Source of the DNA: Macrostomum lignano
Taxonomy: Eukaryota
Direction: 5' to 3'
DNA: 64,000 bases
NCBI GenBank assembly: GCA_002269645.1
Contig: NIVC01000135.1
Location: 1-64,000 of the forward strand
Shown here: one piece after another, positions 12,267 to 25,600 of the stretch
How the letters are laid out: every line of letters starts with the position of its first letter
Position numbering within the stretch: the first letter of the stretch is position 1
Notes under the pieces: model-generated
The model's input: the letters and a program-made list of their open reading frames with translations, nothing else
Databases searched by the model: none
Told to the model about the DNA's origin: nothing
Made by a program: the position numbers and the translations under genes

Positions 12267-15200
12267 GACTACACCCTGTATGCCATCACACTGTCCATCG
12301 CGCAGCTACGCCACCGAGTCCATCACTCCTGAGCTGCTGTTCTCAACCGACCAGATCGAATCCGAGCTGAAGGCGGCCGGCTTCGACACCAGCACCCTGC
12401 GGCAGCCGTACGAGTCGCTGATGGACCTGCGTGCTAAGCTAGGTGACGAGATAAACGCATCGAACAGAGGTGAGGCCATGGTCAGAGCTTGGTTTAAACA
12501 AATTGACTGTAATATTTTGCTGCAATTTAAGTTTGTCTGTTTGTTTTTATAAATTCGCTAGTACAATGATACATTTACATGTAAATACAAGAGTGCAAAT
12601 AAGTATTAACTCCCGAACACTCGGCTATCTGGTCTACTAGGCGGATTTGTTGGATTCGGCAGGCAGCAGCCAAAGCGAAGGGAGTCAACATTTCACTGTA
12701 AATAATATCTGTGTATGCGTTTTGGCCGCCCTGATTCGATGGCTCAATAATATCAACGTGCTTCAATATATGCCCATTGTAGTTTCATAAATTTACATCT
12801 TTCTCAATACTTTGGCGTATTGATTCATTTAAATCAGTAATTGCTGCCAGATAGATTGGTTGCGGGCCAGTTCCTTATCCATCAGTGTACTCTTATAGCT
12901 TAGCGAAATTTATACATTGTTCCCTCTCAATGTACACTCTGCCTGCCCCCACCAACTCATAGACCCTCTGCCTCTCTCCCCAATGTACACATTGCCTGCC
13001 CCCTTCAACCCATAGACCCTCTGCCTCTCTCCCCAATGTACACATTGCCTGCCCCCTCCAACCCATAGACCCTCTGCCTCTCTCCCCAATGTACACATTG
13101 CTTGCCCCCTCCAACCCATAGACCCTCTGCCTCTCTCCCCAATGTACACATTGCCTGCCCCCTCCAACCCATAGACCCTCTGCCTCTCTCCCCAATCAAT
13201 TTATTATTGATTTCGTTCTGCATGTAGGAATACTCTTTTGGGTATTAAATCTATTATTGACTAATTGTTTCAATCTCTGACATTAATTGGTTTAAGTGAG
13301 TAGATTTATGATTTTTTCGAGTTTTTTTCATCTCACCTAAAGTTTAATAATGATTAACAGTACAATGAATACTTTTTTCTGTACAGTACTTGTTCTTAAG
13401 AAAATTTATCTCTGCTTAAATTTAATTCTCACAACTTCCATTATCATTCCCATTGTCCCCACAGATTGGGTTGTAGTGATGGAGAGTTCCTATATTATGG
13501 GGGGGTGGCTTAAAATCCTTTTCATTTATCTGTGCAATTCGATGTATAAAATATTAATATTAACAATAATAAACCACACAGCGATTATTTACCTATAGAG
13601 TCAATAATAATTGTTATTTCACTAATAATTTCTATCACTGTTTTTGCCGGATTTTTTTAAAATTCAAGTGAAACAAAATAATTTGCGCATTCGCACATTT
13701 CATTTTAGCAGTAGTACTAGTAGTAGTGCGATATAGGTTATCAAACATTTTGTTATAATTTATTTTTTAATATAATCCTTTGTTTTAGTTCGTAAGTATG
13801 AGGCACCCGGTTGAATCCGGGTGGATCAGTTTGATAAACGGCAGATCATTGATTAGATTAATTTGTTATAACTATTTTAACTAACCACATTAACACGTGT
13901 TTTTAACCACTAACATTTGCGTAGCATTTGATGTTATTGTTATTATTTATTGATTTCATTGCATTTGCTTTTATTTGTTAACTTAAGTTTTGGTTTTTAA
14001 CTTCTGCAGTTTTTGCATGCCCAGTGAGCTCCGCATCTCTGCTTTTTTCTTTGTCTCCCTTTCCACATCATGTGTACCTCTACCTCCACCTCCTATCTAC
14101 CTCCATTCTCCTCTCGTATCTCACTCTCCACCTCTTCTATCTACCTCTCCACCTATCTCCCTCTTTAACTCTCCTATCTGTTTCTCTCCTCTCCTGTCTC
14201 CCTCTCTGCCTCTCCTATCTTATCTACCTCTTTCCTCCCACCTCTTCTATGTACCTCTCCCTTCCCTAATTTCCACCCTCTCTCTAGATCCTCTCTTCTT
14301 TATCTCATCCTCTCCCTCACTTTTTCCCATATCTCCTTTCTTCCTTTTCCCACTCTAATCTATTTTATCCCTCTCTTTCATGGCTCCTGCCAAGATATTG
14401 ATCACCGGTAAAAAGATAGTGTATAAAGTTATTATCGATACATATCGGTGAATCAACTTTAGTACTATCTAGCGGCTCAATGTGCACGAGGATCTTCGAC
14501 TGCGTTTAGGATTAGAAAAAAAGTGCAATGCTAAAAAATCAGCCATTCCTTTCTCATCCAAGCTTACTAACGCAACCAATAGCTAAGTTTAGCTATGTAC
14601 GCTATTTTTATCTTCTGTTGATGGTCAAAATTTCGATGATTGAATCTCCGCCCTCCCCCCGAATTTTTCATCACTGCAAGATTTCCGCGACTTCATGCAA
14701 ACTGTCGGGGGCGCCAGGCGCGATCGTCGGGAAAGCGCCTGGTCTCTGGCGCCTTCGGTTAGCGACGAGAGCGTCGGGAGCCGGTCGCGTCGGCTCAGCC
14801 GGTCCGACAGCCTGTCGGATTTGGATCTGTCTTTCGGCGCGTTTAGGAAGATTATGTGTGAGTTTTGGTGGCTTAGTGAGCTTGTAGTCTGTGCTCAGTG
14901 ATCTTGTAGTCTGTGCTTAGTGAGCTTGTAGTCTGTGCTTAGTGAGCTTGTAGTCTGTGCTCAGTGATCTTGTAGTCTGTGCTTAGTGAGCTTGTAGTCT
15001 GTGCTCAGTGATCTTGTAGTCTGTGCTTAGTGAGCTTGTAGTCTGTGCTCAGTGATCCTGTAGTCTGTGCTTAGTGATATTGTAGTCCGTGCTTAGTGAT
15101 CTTGTAGTCTGTGCTCAGTGATCTTGTAGCTGTGCTCAGTGATATTGTAGTCCGTGCTTAGTGATATTGTAGTCTGTGCTCAGTGATCTTGTAGTCCGTG

Positions 15201-16412
15201 CTTAGTGATATTGTAGTCTGTGCTCAGTGATCTTGTAGCTGTGCTCAGTGATATTGTAGTCCGTGCTTAGTGATCTTGTAGTCTGTGCTCAGTGATCTTG
15301 TAGCTGTGCTCAGTGATATTGTAGTCTGTGCTCAGTGAGCTTGTAGTCTGTGCTCAGTGAGCTTGTAGTCTATGCTTAGTGATCCTGCAGTCTGTGCTCA
15401 GTGATCCTGCAGTCTATGCTCAGTGATCCTGCAGTCTATGCTTAGTGATCCTGCAGTCTATGCTTAGTGATCCTGCAGTCTATGCTTAGTGATCCTGCAG
15501 TCTATGCTTAGTGATCCTGCAGTCTATGCTTAGTGATCCTGCAGTCTATGCTTAGTGATCCTGCAGTCTATGCTTAGTGATCCTGCAGTCTATGCTTAGT
15601 GATCCTGCAGTCTATGCTTAGTGATCCTGCAGTCTATGCTTAGTGATCCTGCAGTCTATGCTTAGTGATCCTGTAGTCTGTGCTTAGTGATCCTGTAGTC
15701 TGTGCTTAGTGATCCTGCAGTCTATGCTTAGTGATCCTGCAGTCTATGCTTAGTGATCCTGCAGTCTATGCTTAGTGATCCTGCAGTCTATGCTTAGTGA
15801 TCCTGCAGTCTATGCTTAGTGATCCTGCAGTCTATGCTTAGTGATCATGCAGTCTATGCTTAGTGATCCTGCAGTCTATGCTTAGTGATCCTGCAGTCTG
15901 TGCTTAGTGATCATGCAGTCTATGCTTAGTGATCCTGTAGTCTATGCTTAGTGATCCTGCAGTCTATGCTTAGTGATCCTGCAGTCTATGCTCAGTGATC
16001 CTGCAGTCTATGCTTAGTGATCCTGCAGTCTATGCTTAGTGATCCTGCAGTCTATGCTTAGTGATCCTGCAGTCTATGCTTTGTGAGTTTATCTACCAGT
16101 TTAACCGCCGTCTCTGCCCCTCTCCACTCAGACGAGCCGCCAGCTCAGCGCTTGAAGCGCCGAGCCGAGGAGGAGCGCGAGATCAAGGAGCTGTACGACA
16201 CCGCCTCCTTTGACGAGCTGCTGGAGCGACACCGCAGGGAGAAGGCCACCCCCATCAACGAGGTCATCGCCTTCCTCAAGGAGGTTGAAGCCTCCAACAA
16301 CAGCGACAGTCGGCTTGAACTGGGCGACAGCGGCAAGGAGCTGCGATTCTGCGAGCCGAGGAAGGGCGCCACTATTAAGGAGATCGAGTTCCCGTCGCTA
16401 TTCGTGTTCTGA
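5209..16412 (+). CDS. EFR3: EFR3 homolog (PI4KIIIalpha plasma-membrane anchoring protein); start codon/first exon not resolved
   Basis: Exons with GT-AG borders and consistent phases: 5209-5288, 5387-5517, 5601-5727, 8191-8472, 8826-9332, 10084-10602, 11519-11770, 11891-11967, 12306-12469, 14681-14857, 16132-16412. The translation has the N-terminal Cys cluster [21 protein letters not shown], then [38 protein letters not shown] and the C-terminus [12 protein letters not shown]. These match remembered EFR3 motifs (RYKRLVDNIFP, PEKLDRIG, EMKFPDLCVY). Confidence 0.93.
5815..8160 (+). repeat. 28-bp minisatellite (ccagatcctcagttgctgggccagcctc, ~84 units) in EFR3 intron 5728-8190
   Basis: Direct tandem repeat. 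It explains the 28-aa periodic ORFs in all three + frames. It contains a ~1128-bp higher-order duplication. Confidence 0.97.
8510..8792 (+). repeat. 21-bp minisatellite (gagagcagattcagtagggta) in EFR3 intron 8473-8825
   Basis: About 13 tandem units, degenerating toward the acceptor. Confidence 0.95.
9384..10035 (+). repeat. Second array of the same 28-bp minisatellite in EFR3 intron 9333-10083
   Basis: Same unit and same agtgtcag variant as 5815-8160; about 23 units. Confidence 0.96.
11050..11455 (+). repeat. 24-25-bp minisatellite (gagaatcgtctct(a)agatctcacct) in EFR3 intron 10603-11518
   Basis: Tandem units, each with the internal palindrome tctca-cc-tgaga. Confidence 0.95.
11990..12270 (+). 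repeat. (GTCT)n microsatellite in EFR3 intron 11968-12305
   Basis: Long interrupted tetranucleotide run. Confidence 0.95.
12925..13197 (+). repeat. 53-bp C-rich minisatellite (~5 units) in EFR3 intron 12470-14680
   Basis: gaccctctgcctctctccccaatgtacac recurs at 12962, 13015, 13068 and onward. Confidence 0.93.
14030..14380 (+). repeat. CT-rich low-complexity tract
   Basis: Polypyrimidine-dominated sequence with no fixed period. Confidence 0.75.
14875..16080 (+). repeat. 22-bp minisatellite (cttagtgatcctgcagtctatg, ~55 units) in the last EFR3 intron 14858-16131
   Basis: Tandem array with a variant gradient: cttgtagtctgtg on the left, cctgcagtctatg on the right. Confidence 0.96.
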
Positions 16413-16559
16413 GCTGTCCGATGAGATGCAGGTCGATCATAATTTTACTGGACTAAATTCGCTTTGTACTTTTCACATGCAATTATTTGCGAGTTCGTAA
16501 ATTCTGAGTCTTAAATCTACTAAATGACAAAATGTCATTATTGAGACGCTAATTCCTTG

Positions 16560-17420
16560 ATTTCTAAAATCTCATAGGGAAGATTTTGAGTCCTCGGTTT
16601 TTAAAATCTCATGGGTGTTATTCTTAGTCTATGATTTCTGTAAAATTTCATGGGTGAGATTATGAGTCTACGATCTCTCTAATCTCATGGGTGAGATTCT
16701 GAGTGAATCTACGGTTTCTAAAATCTCATAAGTGAGATTCTGAGTAAGTCTACGGTTTCTAAAATCTCATAAGTGAGATTCTAAGTCTACGATCTCTCTA
16801 ATCTCATGGTTAAGGTTCTGAGTCTACGATCTTTCAAATCTCATAGGTGAGATTCTGAGTGAGTCTACGGTTTCTAAAATCTCACGGGTGAGATTCTGAG
16901 TCTACGATCTTTCAAATCTCATAGGTGAGATTCTAAGTGAGTCTGCGGTTTCTAAAATCTCACGGGTGAGATTCTGAGTATACGATCTTTCAAATCTCAT
17001 AGGTGAGATTTTGAGTGAGTCTGCGGTTTCTAAAATCTCATGGGTGTTATTCTTAGTCTATGATTTCTGTAAAATCTCATGGGTGAGATTCTGAGTCTAC
17101 GATCTTTCAAATCTCATAGGTGAGTTCTGAGTGAGTCTACGGTTTCTAAAATCTCATGGGTGAGATTCTGAGTGAGTCTATGGTTTCTAAAATCTCATGG
17201 GTGAGATTCCGAGTGAGTCTACGGTTTCTAAAATCTCATAGGTGAGATTCTGAGTGCGTCTACGGTTTCTAAAATCTCACAGGTGAGATTCTGAGCCTAC
17301 GATCTTTCAAATCTCATAGGTGAGATTCTGAATGAGTCTGTGGTTTCTAAAATCTCATGGGTGAGATTCTTGGTCTATGATTTCTGTAAAATTTCATGGG
17401 TGAGATTGTGAGCCCATATT
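16560..17420 (+). repeat. Composite tandem repeat built on the palindrome aatctca-tggg-tgagatt, just 3' of the EFR3 stop
   Basis: Recurring aaatctcat(g/a)ggtgagattctgag(tgag)tctacg units of variable length. Confidence 0.9.
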
Positions 17421-18164
17421 GTTTTTAAGTCTGAGGCTTTGGGTGTGTATTAATTTAATAAGCAATAACTGTAACGACATGCCTGTCTGTGATGCTACTA
17501 TGAATTTGTCTAAACTAACTGGTTTGTATTATTTTCTTCGAAATTCAAGTTTTTGTTTTTGTTTTTAATGCGCATTCGCGCAATATTCTACTTTTTTTCT
17601 CTAAGCCATTGTTAGTAGGCAGTTTGGTATTATGTGTTTAGATAAACAGAATTGTTAGTAAGCCTTACTATATATTCTTACTAATCTATATTATACTAGT
17701 ATTAACAATCGGTTCTTTTATATAATTTCTAATCCGCATAATCTGCATAACGCCTATGCACTGAATGGTGAGCTTGTACTCCGATATATTTATTTATTTA
17801 AGCCTGATTTACTCTGTCTGTTTTTCTTGTGCGAATATTCTAGGTCTATATGCCTTCGCTTTGTGTATTTAAATATCATTGAATTGTGTTGTAAAACCAA
17901 CAGTTTCTATCTTGCCATAGCATAGTGATTTTAGATGCACTATCTTAGTAAATCAATTACTCTAATCTGTTTTTGTGTTCATTAAATTGCTAATTCCTTG
18001 TTTCGTTTGGCGCGGTTTCTTAGCATCGGAATAAAATAATTCGCAATATTACTAACATTTTGGTTAATTAATAGTTACTTCATGTTAACTCAACCTGTTT
18101 TTTTCTGCCCTTGTAATATACACTACCGTAGGTGTTCAGTGTACTCGTATTGGCTTAAACACCT

Positions 18165-19055
18165 ACCCTCACCCCAATCCTTCCCCCCACTGTACACTGG
18201 CTTTCCAGACCATCTGCCCAAACCCCCACCCATTAAACTGGCGGAGCCCTTCCCCCCACTGTACACTGGCTTTCCAGACCATCTGCCCAAACCCCCACAC
18301 CCTTAAACTGGCGGAGCTTCACCCCCCCCCCACTGTACACTAGCTCTCCAGACCATCTACCCAAATCCCCACGCATTAAACTGGCGGAGCCCTTCCCCCA
18401 CTGTACACTGGCTCTCCAGACCATCCGCCCAAACCCCCACCCATTAAACTGGCAGAGCCCTTCCCCCACTGTACACTGGCTCTCCAGACCATCTGCCCAA
18501 ACCCCCACACCCTTAAACTGGCGGAGCTTCCCCCCCTTCCCCCACTGTACACTGGCTCTCCAGACCATCTGCCCAAACCCCCACCCATTAAACTGGCGGA
18601 GCCCTTCCCCCCCTGTACACTGGCTCTCCAGACCATCCACCCAAACCCCCACCCCTTAAACTGGCGGAGTCCTTCCCCCACTGTACACTGGCTCTCCAGA
18701 CAATCCGCCCAAACCCCCACCCATTAAACTGACAGAGCCCTTCCCCCCCCCCCCCTGTACACTGGCTCTCCAGACCATCCGCCCAAACCCCCACCCATTA
18801 AATTGACGGAGCCCTTCCCCCACTGTACACTGGCTCTCCAGACAATCCGCTCAAACCCCCACCCATTAAACTGGCGGAGCCCTTCCCCCACTGTATACTG
18901 GCTCTCCAGACCATCCGCCCAAACCCCCACCCATTAAACTGGCGGAGCCCTTCCCCCACTGTACACTGGCTCTCCAGACCATCTGCCCAAACCCCCACAC
19001 CCTTAAACTGGCGGAGCCCTTCCCCCACTGTACACTGGCTCTCCAGACCATCTGA
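18165..19055 (+). repeat. ~68-71-bp C-rich minisatellite between EFR3 and CSTF3
   Basis: Recurring ccccactgtacactggctctccagaccatc...aaacccccacccattaaactggcggagccc. The minus strand has many G-runs. Confidence 0.95.
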
Positions 19056-19677
19056 ACCCCCTCAAACGGGCGAACCCCACCGCCTATTTAATTTAAACAG
19101 ACTCCGACTGAAGACCATTTGTATCGATAAATATTATATTTATCTAACAGTTATCTCTAGTCTTGTGATTCTATTTTATTTATTGCATTAATAATAAGCT
19201 CGTAAAACAATCCATTTTTCAAACAGACTTAGTTTACAGCTTGCTCCGACTGCAATTACTAAAACGTTTTTGTTATACTTTTCAGCTATGGAATTCGTTT
19301 CCCCTATTGTTTTATCGATGGCAAAGAACTGTTAAAGTTACTTTTTATAAATATCCAGTGAATAGCAAAGAATTTTCAACCATTTATTAATTATTTATTC
19401 GTGTTGTCCAGCTCTCCTCAAGTTAAACAGTGGTCAATAAAATTAATTGTGTGCAATTCTGATTGTCGTCTCTTTCGCTTTTAATCTAGAGTTGTTGGTC
19501 TTAATCATTTTTAGTAAACTAAGTTTGTAAGTTAACTTTAATTTAAGTTGATACAGAAATATTTCAACAAGGTTATTTTTCTCTATTGTTCATCGTTGAA
19601 CATTCTTGTTTCAGCTGTTCCAACAATATTCTCAATCAAAAGTTTTTTAAAGAAACTTCGCTGCTCTTGTGTTAGCA

Positions 19678-22600
19678 ATGGACAGATCGGTAAGTGACTA
19701 GTTAATTCCTGTGTAAATCGTCCCTAATCGCATTCGTAATGGGCCCTTCAATCCCGTACAGAACCGCTCTTCAATCCCGTACAGAACCGCTCTTTAATTC
19801 CGTACAGAACCGCTCTTCAATCCCGTACAGAACCGCTCTTCAATCCCGTACAGAACCGCTCTTCAATCCCGTACAGAACCGCTCTTTAATCCCGTACAGA
19901 ACCGCTCTTCAATCCCGTACAGAATGGCCCTTCAATCCCGTACAGAATGGCCCTTCAATCCCGTACAGAACCGTTCTCAATCCCGTACAGAATGGCCCTT
20001 CAGTCCCGTACAGAACCGCTCTTCGATCCCGTAAAGAATCGCCCTTCAAACCCGTACAGAATCGCAACCGTTCTTCAATCCCTTACAGAATGGCCCTTCA
20101 ATCCCGTACAGAACCATTGTCAATCCCGTACAGAATCGGCCTTCAATCCCGTACAGACCCATTCTAAATCCCGTACAGAATCGGACTTCAATCCCGTACA
20201 GAATCGGACTTCAATCCCGTACAGAATCGCTCTTCGATCCCGTACAGAATCGCTCTTCAATCTCGTATAGAATCGCCATTATCACTAAGGCGGCATCTCA
20301 CACAGATCCCCCAAAATCCCCCATATGCAGATTTTCCAGCAGGAGAAGCTGTCCAAATCCCGTGAACGAATCGTGATTAACCAGTGGGACATCGAGGCCT
20401 GGTCTGTGCTCATCCGGGATGCTCAGGAGCGTAAGCTCGAAGATGGCGAGAAAATATTCGAAGAAGTTGTGGCCCAGTTTCCGTTGTCCGGTCACTATTG
20501 GAAACTCTACATCAACTATGAGGTTGTTAATTGTGCATTTAAGGGTGGAATGTGGGCAAACTTTGGGATGGAGTGTGGGCAGACTTTGGGGTGGAGTGTG
20601 GGCAGGGAATTGGGGGGTGAGTGTGGCAGAAATTAGCGTAGTGTATGTTTTGTCAGAGATTAGGGTAGAGTGTGCATGGGTAGAGATTAAGGGTAGAGTG
20701 TGCATGGGTAGAAATTAAGGGTAGAGTGCATGGGTAGAGATTAAGGGTAGAGTGTGCATGGCTAGAGATTAAGGCAGTGTCAGTACACGATGTTGAAATA
20801 ACCCAACACACTTGCAGATAAAGCATCACAATTACGAGAAAGTCGAACAGGTGAGAGTTTCGATATAGCAATCACTTGTGTTCGAAAGTTTGTATCTCGC
20901 GTCTTTTTACATTATTTAACTTTTTACTCCCCGCCTTCAGCTGTTTCAGCGTTGCCTCACCAAAGTGCTGCACATCGAGCTGTGGAAGCTGTACCTGCAG
21001 TACATTCGCGACACCAAATCCAAGCAGCCCGCGTTTAAAGAGAAAATGGGCAAAGCGTACGACTTTGCACTGGAGAAAATGGGCCTGGACTTCAGCTCCT
21101 ATTCCATCTGGGTGGACTACATCCAGTTTTTGAAGAATGCGCCTGTTCAGGTCAGCATCGACTCAGATGTCTCCCCAAAGTCTCTTCAGAATCTCCTCAG
21201 AGTCTCGTCGGATGAACCACCAGTTTCCTCTGTTGTCTCCCTAGAATCGCCTGAGATATCTCCCTAGAATCGCCTGAGATATCTCCCTAGAATCACCTGA
21301 GATATCTCCCTAGAATCGCCTGAGATATCTCCCTAGAATCGCCTGAGATATCTCCCTAGAATCGCCTGAGATATCTCCCTAGAATCACCTGAGATATCTC
21401 CCTAGAATCGCCTGAGATATCTCCCTAGAATCGCCTGAGATATCTCCCTAGAATCGCCTGAGATATCTCCCTAGAATCACCTGAGATATCTCCCTAGAAT
21501 CGCCTGAGATATCTCCCTAGAATCGCCTGAGATATCTCCCTAGAATCGCCTGAGATATCTCCCTAGAATCGCCTGAGATATCTCTACAGAATCGCCTGAG
21601 ATATCTCTACAGAATCGCCTGAGATATCTCTACAGAATCGCCTGGGATATCTCCCTAGAATCGCCTGAGATATCTCCCTAGAATCGCCTGAGATATCTCT
21701 ACAGAATCGCCTGAGATATCTCTACAGAATCGCCTGAGATATCTCTACAGAATCGCCTGAGATATCTCTACAGAATCGCCTGGGATATCTCCCTAGAATC
21801 ACCTGAGATATCTCCCTAGAATCACCTGAGATATCTCCCTAGAATCACCTGAGATATCTCCCTAGAATCGCCTGAGATATCTCTACAGAATCGCCTGGGA
21901 TATCTCCCTAGAATCACCTGAGATATCTCCCTAGAATCGCCTGAGATATCTCCCTAGAATCGCCTGAGATATCTCCCTAGAATCGCCTGAGATATCTCTA
22001 CAGAATCGCCTGGGATATCTCCCTAGAATCGCCTGAGATATCTCCCTAGAATCGCCTGAGATATCTCCCTAGAATCGCCTGAGATATCTCCCTAGAATCG
22101 CCTGAGATATCTCCCTAGAATCGCCTGAGATATCTCTACAGAATCGCCTGGGATATCTCCCTAGAATCACCTGAGATATCTCCCTAGAATCGCCTGAGAT
22201 ATCTCCCTAGAATCGCCTGAGATATCTCCCTAGAATCGCCTGAGATATCTCCCTAGAATCGCCTGAGATATCTCCCTAGAATCGCCTGAGATATCTCCCT
22301 AGAATCGCCTGAGATATCTCTACAGAATCGCCTGAGATATCTCTACAGAATCGCCTGGGATATCTCCCTAGAATCACCTGAGATATCTCCCTAGAATCAC
22401 CTGAGATATCTCCCTAGAATCACCTGAGATATCTCCCTAGAATCGCCTGAGATATCTCTACAGAATCGCCTGGGATATCTCCCTAGAATCACCTGAGATA
22501 TCTCCCTAGAATCGCCTGAGATATCTCCCTAGAATCGCCTGAGATATCTCCCTAGAATCGCCTGAGATATCTCTACAGAATCGCCTGAGATATCTCTACA

Positions 22601-25600
22601 GAATCGCCTGGGATATCTCCCTAGAATCGCCTGAGATATCTCCCTAGAATCGCCTGAGATATCTCCCTAGAATCGCCTGAGATATCTCCCTAGAATCGCC
22701 TGAGATATCTCCCTAGAATCGCCTGAGATATCTCCCTAGAATCGCCTGAGATATCTCCCTAGAATCGCCTGAGATGTCTCCCTAGAATCGCCTGAGATAT
22801 CTCCCTAGAATCGCCTGAGATATCCCCCTAGAACCGCCTGGGATATCTCCCTAGAATTGCCTGGGATATCTCCATAGAATCGCCTGAGATATCTCCCTAG
22901 AATCGCCTGAGATATCTCCCTAGAATCGCCTGAGATATCTCCCTAGAATCGCCTGAGATATCTCCCTAGAATCGCCTGAGATGTCTCCCTAGAATCGCCT
23001 GAGATATCTCCCTAGAATCGCCTGAGATATCTCCCTAGAATCGCCTGAGATATCTTCTAGAATCGCCTGAGATATCTCCCTAGAATCGCCTGAGATATTT
23101 CCCTAGAATCGCCTGAGATATTTCCCTAGAATCGCCTGAGATATTTCCCTAGAATCGCCTGAGATATTTCCCTAGAATCGCCTGAGATATTTCCCTAGAA
23201 TTGCCTGAGATATCTCTCCAAATCGCCTGAAATATACCCTATAACCACTGCTTCTTCTCATCCAACCTCAGGGCTCCTACGCGGAGAGCCAGAAAATCAC
23301 CGCGGTCCGCAAGATCTACCAGAAGGCCATCGTCACTCCGATGGTGAACATCGACCAGGTGTGGCGCGACTACAGCAGCTTCGAGACCGGCCTGAACGCC
23401 GCTCTGGCCAAGAAGTTCATCGAGGACCGTCAGCGGGACTACATGAACGCTAAGCGAGTCGCTAAGGAGCTCGAGATTGTTACCAAGGGCATCAACCGGA
23501 ACTGGCCTTCAACTCCGCCTACGAATAATCCTGACGAGGCCAGACAGGTGGAGCTGTGGAAAAAGTACATCGCCTGGGAGAAGGACAACCCGCTGCGCAC
23601 TGACGACTTGTCGCTGATCTCCAAGAGAGGTACATGGCATTTGAAATATCCCTCAATCCTGATCCCAGATATCTCTCAATCCTGATCACAAATGTCTCCC
23701 ATCTCTGATCCCAAATATCCCTCAATCCAGATCCCAAATATCCCTCAATTCAGATCCCAAATATCCCTCAATTCAGATCCCAAATATCCCTCAATTCAGA
23801 TCCTAAATATCCCTCAACTCAGATCCCAAATATCCCTCAATTCAGATCCCAAATATCCTTCAATCCAGATCCCAAATATTCCTCAATTCAGATCCCAAAT
23901 ATCCCTCAATTCAGATCCCAAATATCCTTCAATCCAGATCCCAAAAACTTCTCATCTCAGATCCGGAAAAATCCCATTTTTCCCCTTCCCAGTAATGTTC
24001 GCGTACGAGCAGTGCCTGCTGTGCCTGGGCCACCACCCGGACATCTGGTACGAAGCCGCCTCGTTCTTGGAGCAGGCCAGTCGCACCCTGATAGAGAAAG
24101 GGGTGAGTGAGTTCGTTCAGTGGTTTTCGTGAGTCACTTTTAGTGCTCATGTCTCATATTTAACGTTTCTTATTGACACTGCCCTGTCCCACCCACCAGG
24201 AACCAATGGCTGCAAAGCAGTTCGCTGATGAGGCGGCCTCGATGTACGACAGAGCCACTCAGGTGCTCAAGGAGAACACCTTGCTGTACTTTGCCTATGC
24301 GGACTATGAGGAGGTGAGCTCTCTGGCTGAGATTTGTCGGGTGAAAAGTGAATGAGATTAACTCAGAACTCTGAGATTATCTGTGAATTGGGTGAGATTG
24401 TATAAAATTTGGGTAAAATTATCTAAGAATTAGGTGGGATTATCTGAGAATTGGGGGAGATTATCTGAGAATTAGTGGAGATTAGCTGATAATTGAATGA
24501 TTGAATGAGATTATCTGAGAATCTGGGTGAGACTGGCTGAGAACTGGGCGATACTGTTTAAGAACTCGGTGAGATCAAACCTCATCCACCCCCGCCGTCG
24601 CCAGGGCCGTGGCAACTTCGAGAAGGTGCACTCGATCTACCGCAAGCTGGTGAACGTAGACAGCATCGACCCGACGCTGCCGTACATTCAGTACATGAAG
24701 TTCGCCCGCCGCAAGGAGGGCATCAAGTCGGCCCGCAGCGTGTTCAAGCTGGCCCGCGCGGACCCGCACTGCACCTACCACATATTCGCCGCGGCCGCTC
24801 TCATGGAGTACTTCTGCAGCAAGGACCCGGCGCTGGGCCAGAGAATTTTCGACCTGGGCATGAAGAGATTCGGCCAGGTGCCGGAGTACGTGCTCTGCTA
24901 CACAGAGTACATGTCCCATCTGAATGAGGACAACAACACCCGGGTGCTGTTTGAGCGGGCGCTCACCTCCGGCTCGGTGCCAACGGAGAAGAGCCGGGTG
25001 ATCTGGGCCAAGTTCTTGGAGTTTGAGACCAGCGTGGGCGACCTGGCCAGCGTGCTGAAGGTCGAGCGGCGTCGCCTGCAGGCTTTCCAGGGAGTTGAAG
25101 TGTTCCGTGGCAAGGAGACCGCGCTGCTCATTGACCGGTGAGTCTGTACCTGTAACCTGTGTCCGAGTCTGTAACCTGTGTCCGGGTCTGTAACCTGTGT
25201 CCGGGTCTGTAACCTGTGTCCGAGTCTGTAACCTGTGTCCGGGTCTGTAACCTGTCTGAGTCTGTACCCTGTGTCCGAGTCTGTAACCTGTGTCCGAGTC
25301 TGTAACCTGTGTCCGAGCCTGTAACCTGTGTCCGAGTCTGTAACCCGACTGTGTCCGAGTCTATAACCTGTGTCCGAGTCTGTAATCTGTGTCCGAGTCT
25401 GTAATCTGTGTCCGAGTCTGTAATCTGTGTCCGAGCCTGTAACCTGTTTCCGAGTCTGTAATCTGTGTCTGAGCCTGTAACCTGTCTGAGTCTGTAACCT
25501 GTGTCCGAGTCTGTAACCTGTGTCCGAGTTTGTAACCTGTGTCCGAGCCTGTAACCTGTATCTGATCCTGTAACCTGTGTTCGAGTCTGTAACCTGTATC

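Noticed and set aside
21240-23240. Regular 19-30-bp repeats resembling CRISPR arrays
   Set aside because: Units are head-to-tail with no unique spacers, no cas genes are present, and the context is spliceosomal introns.
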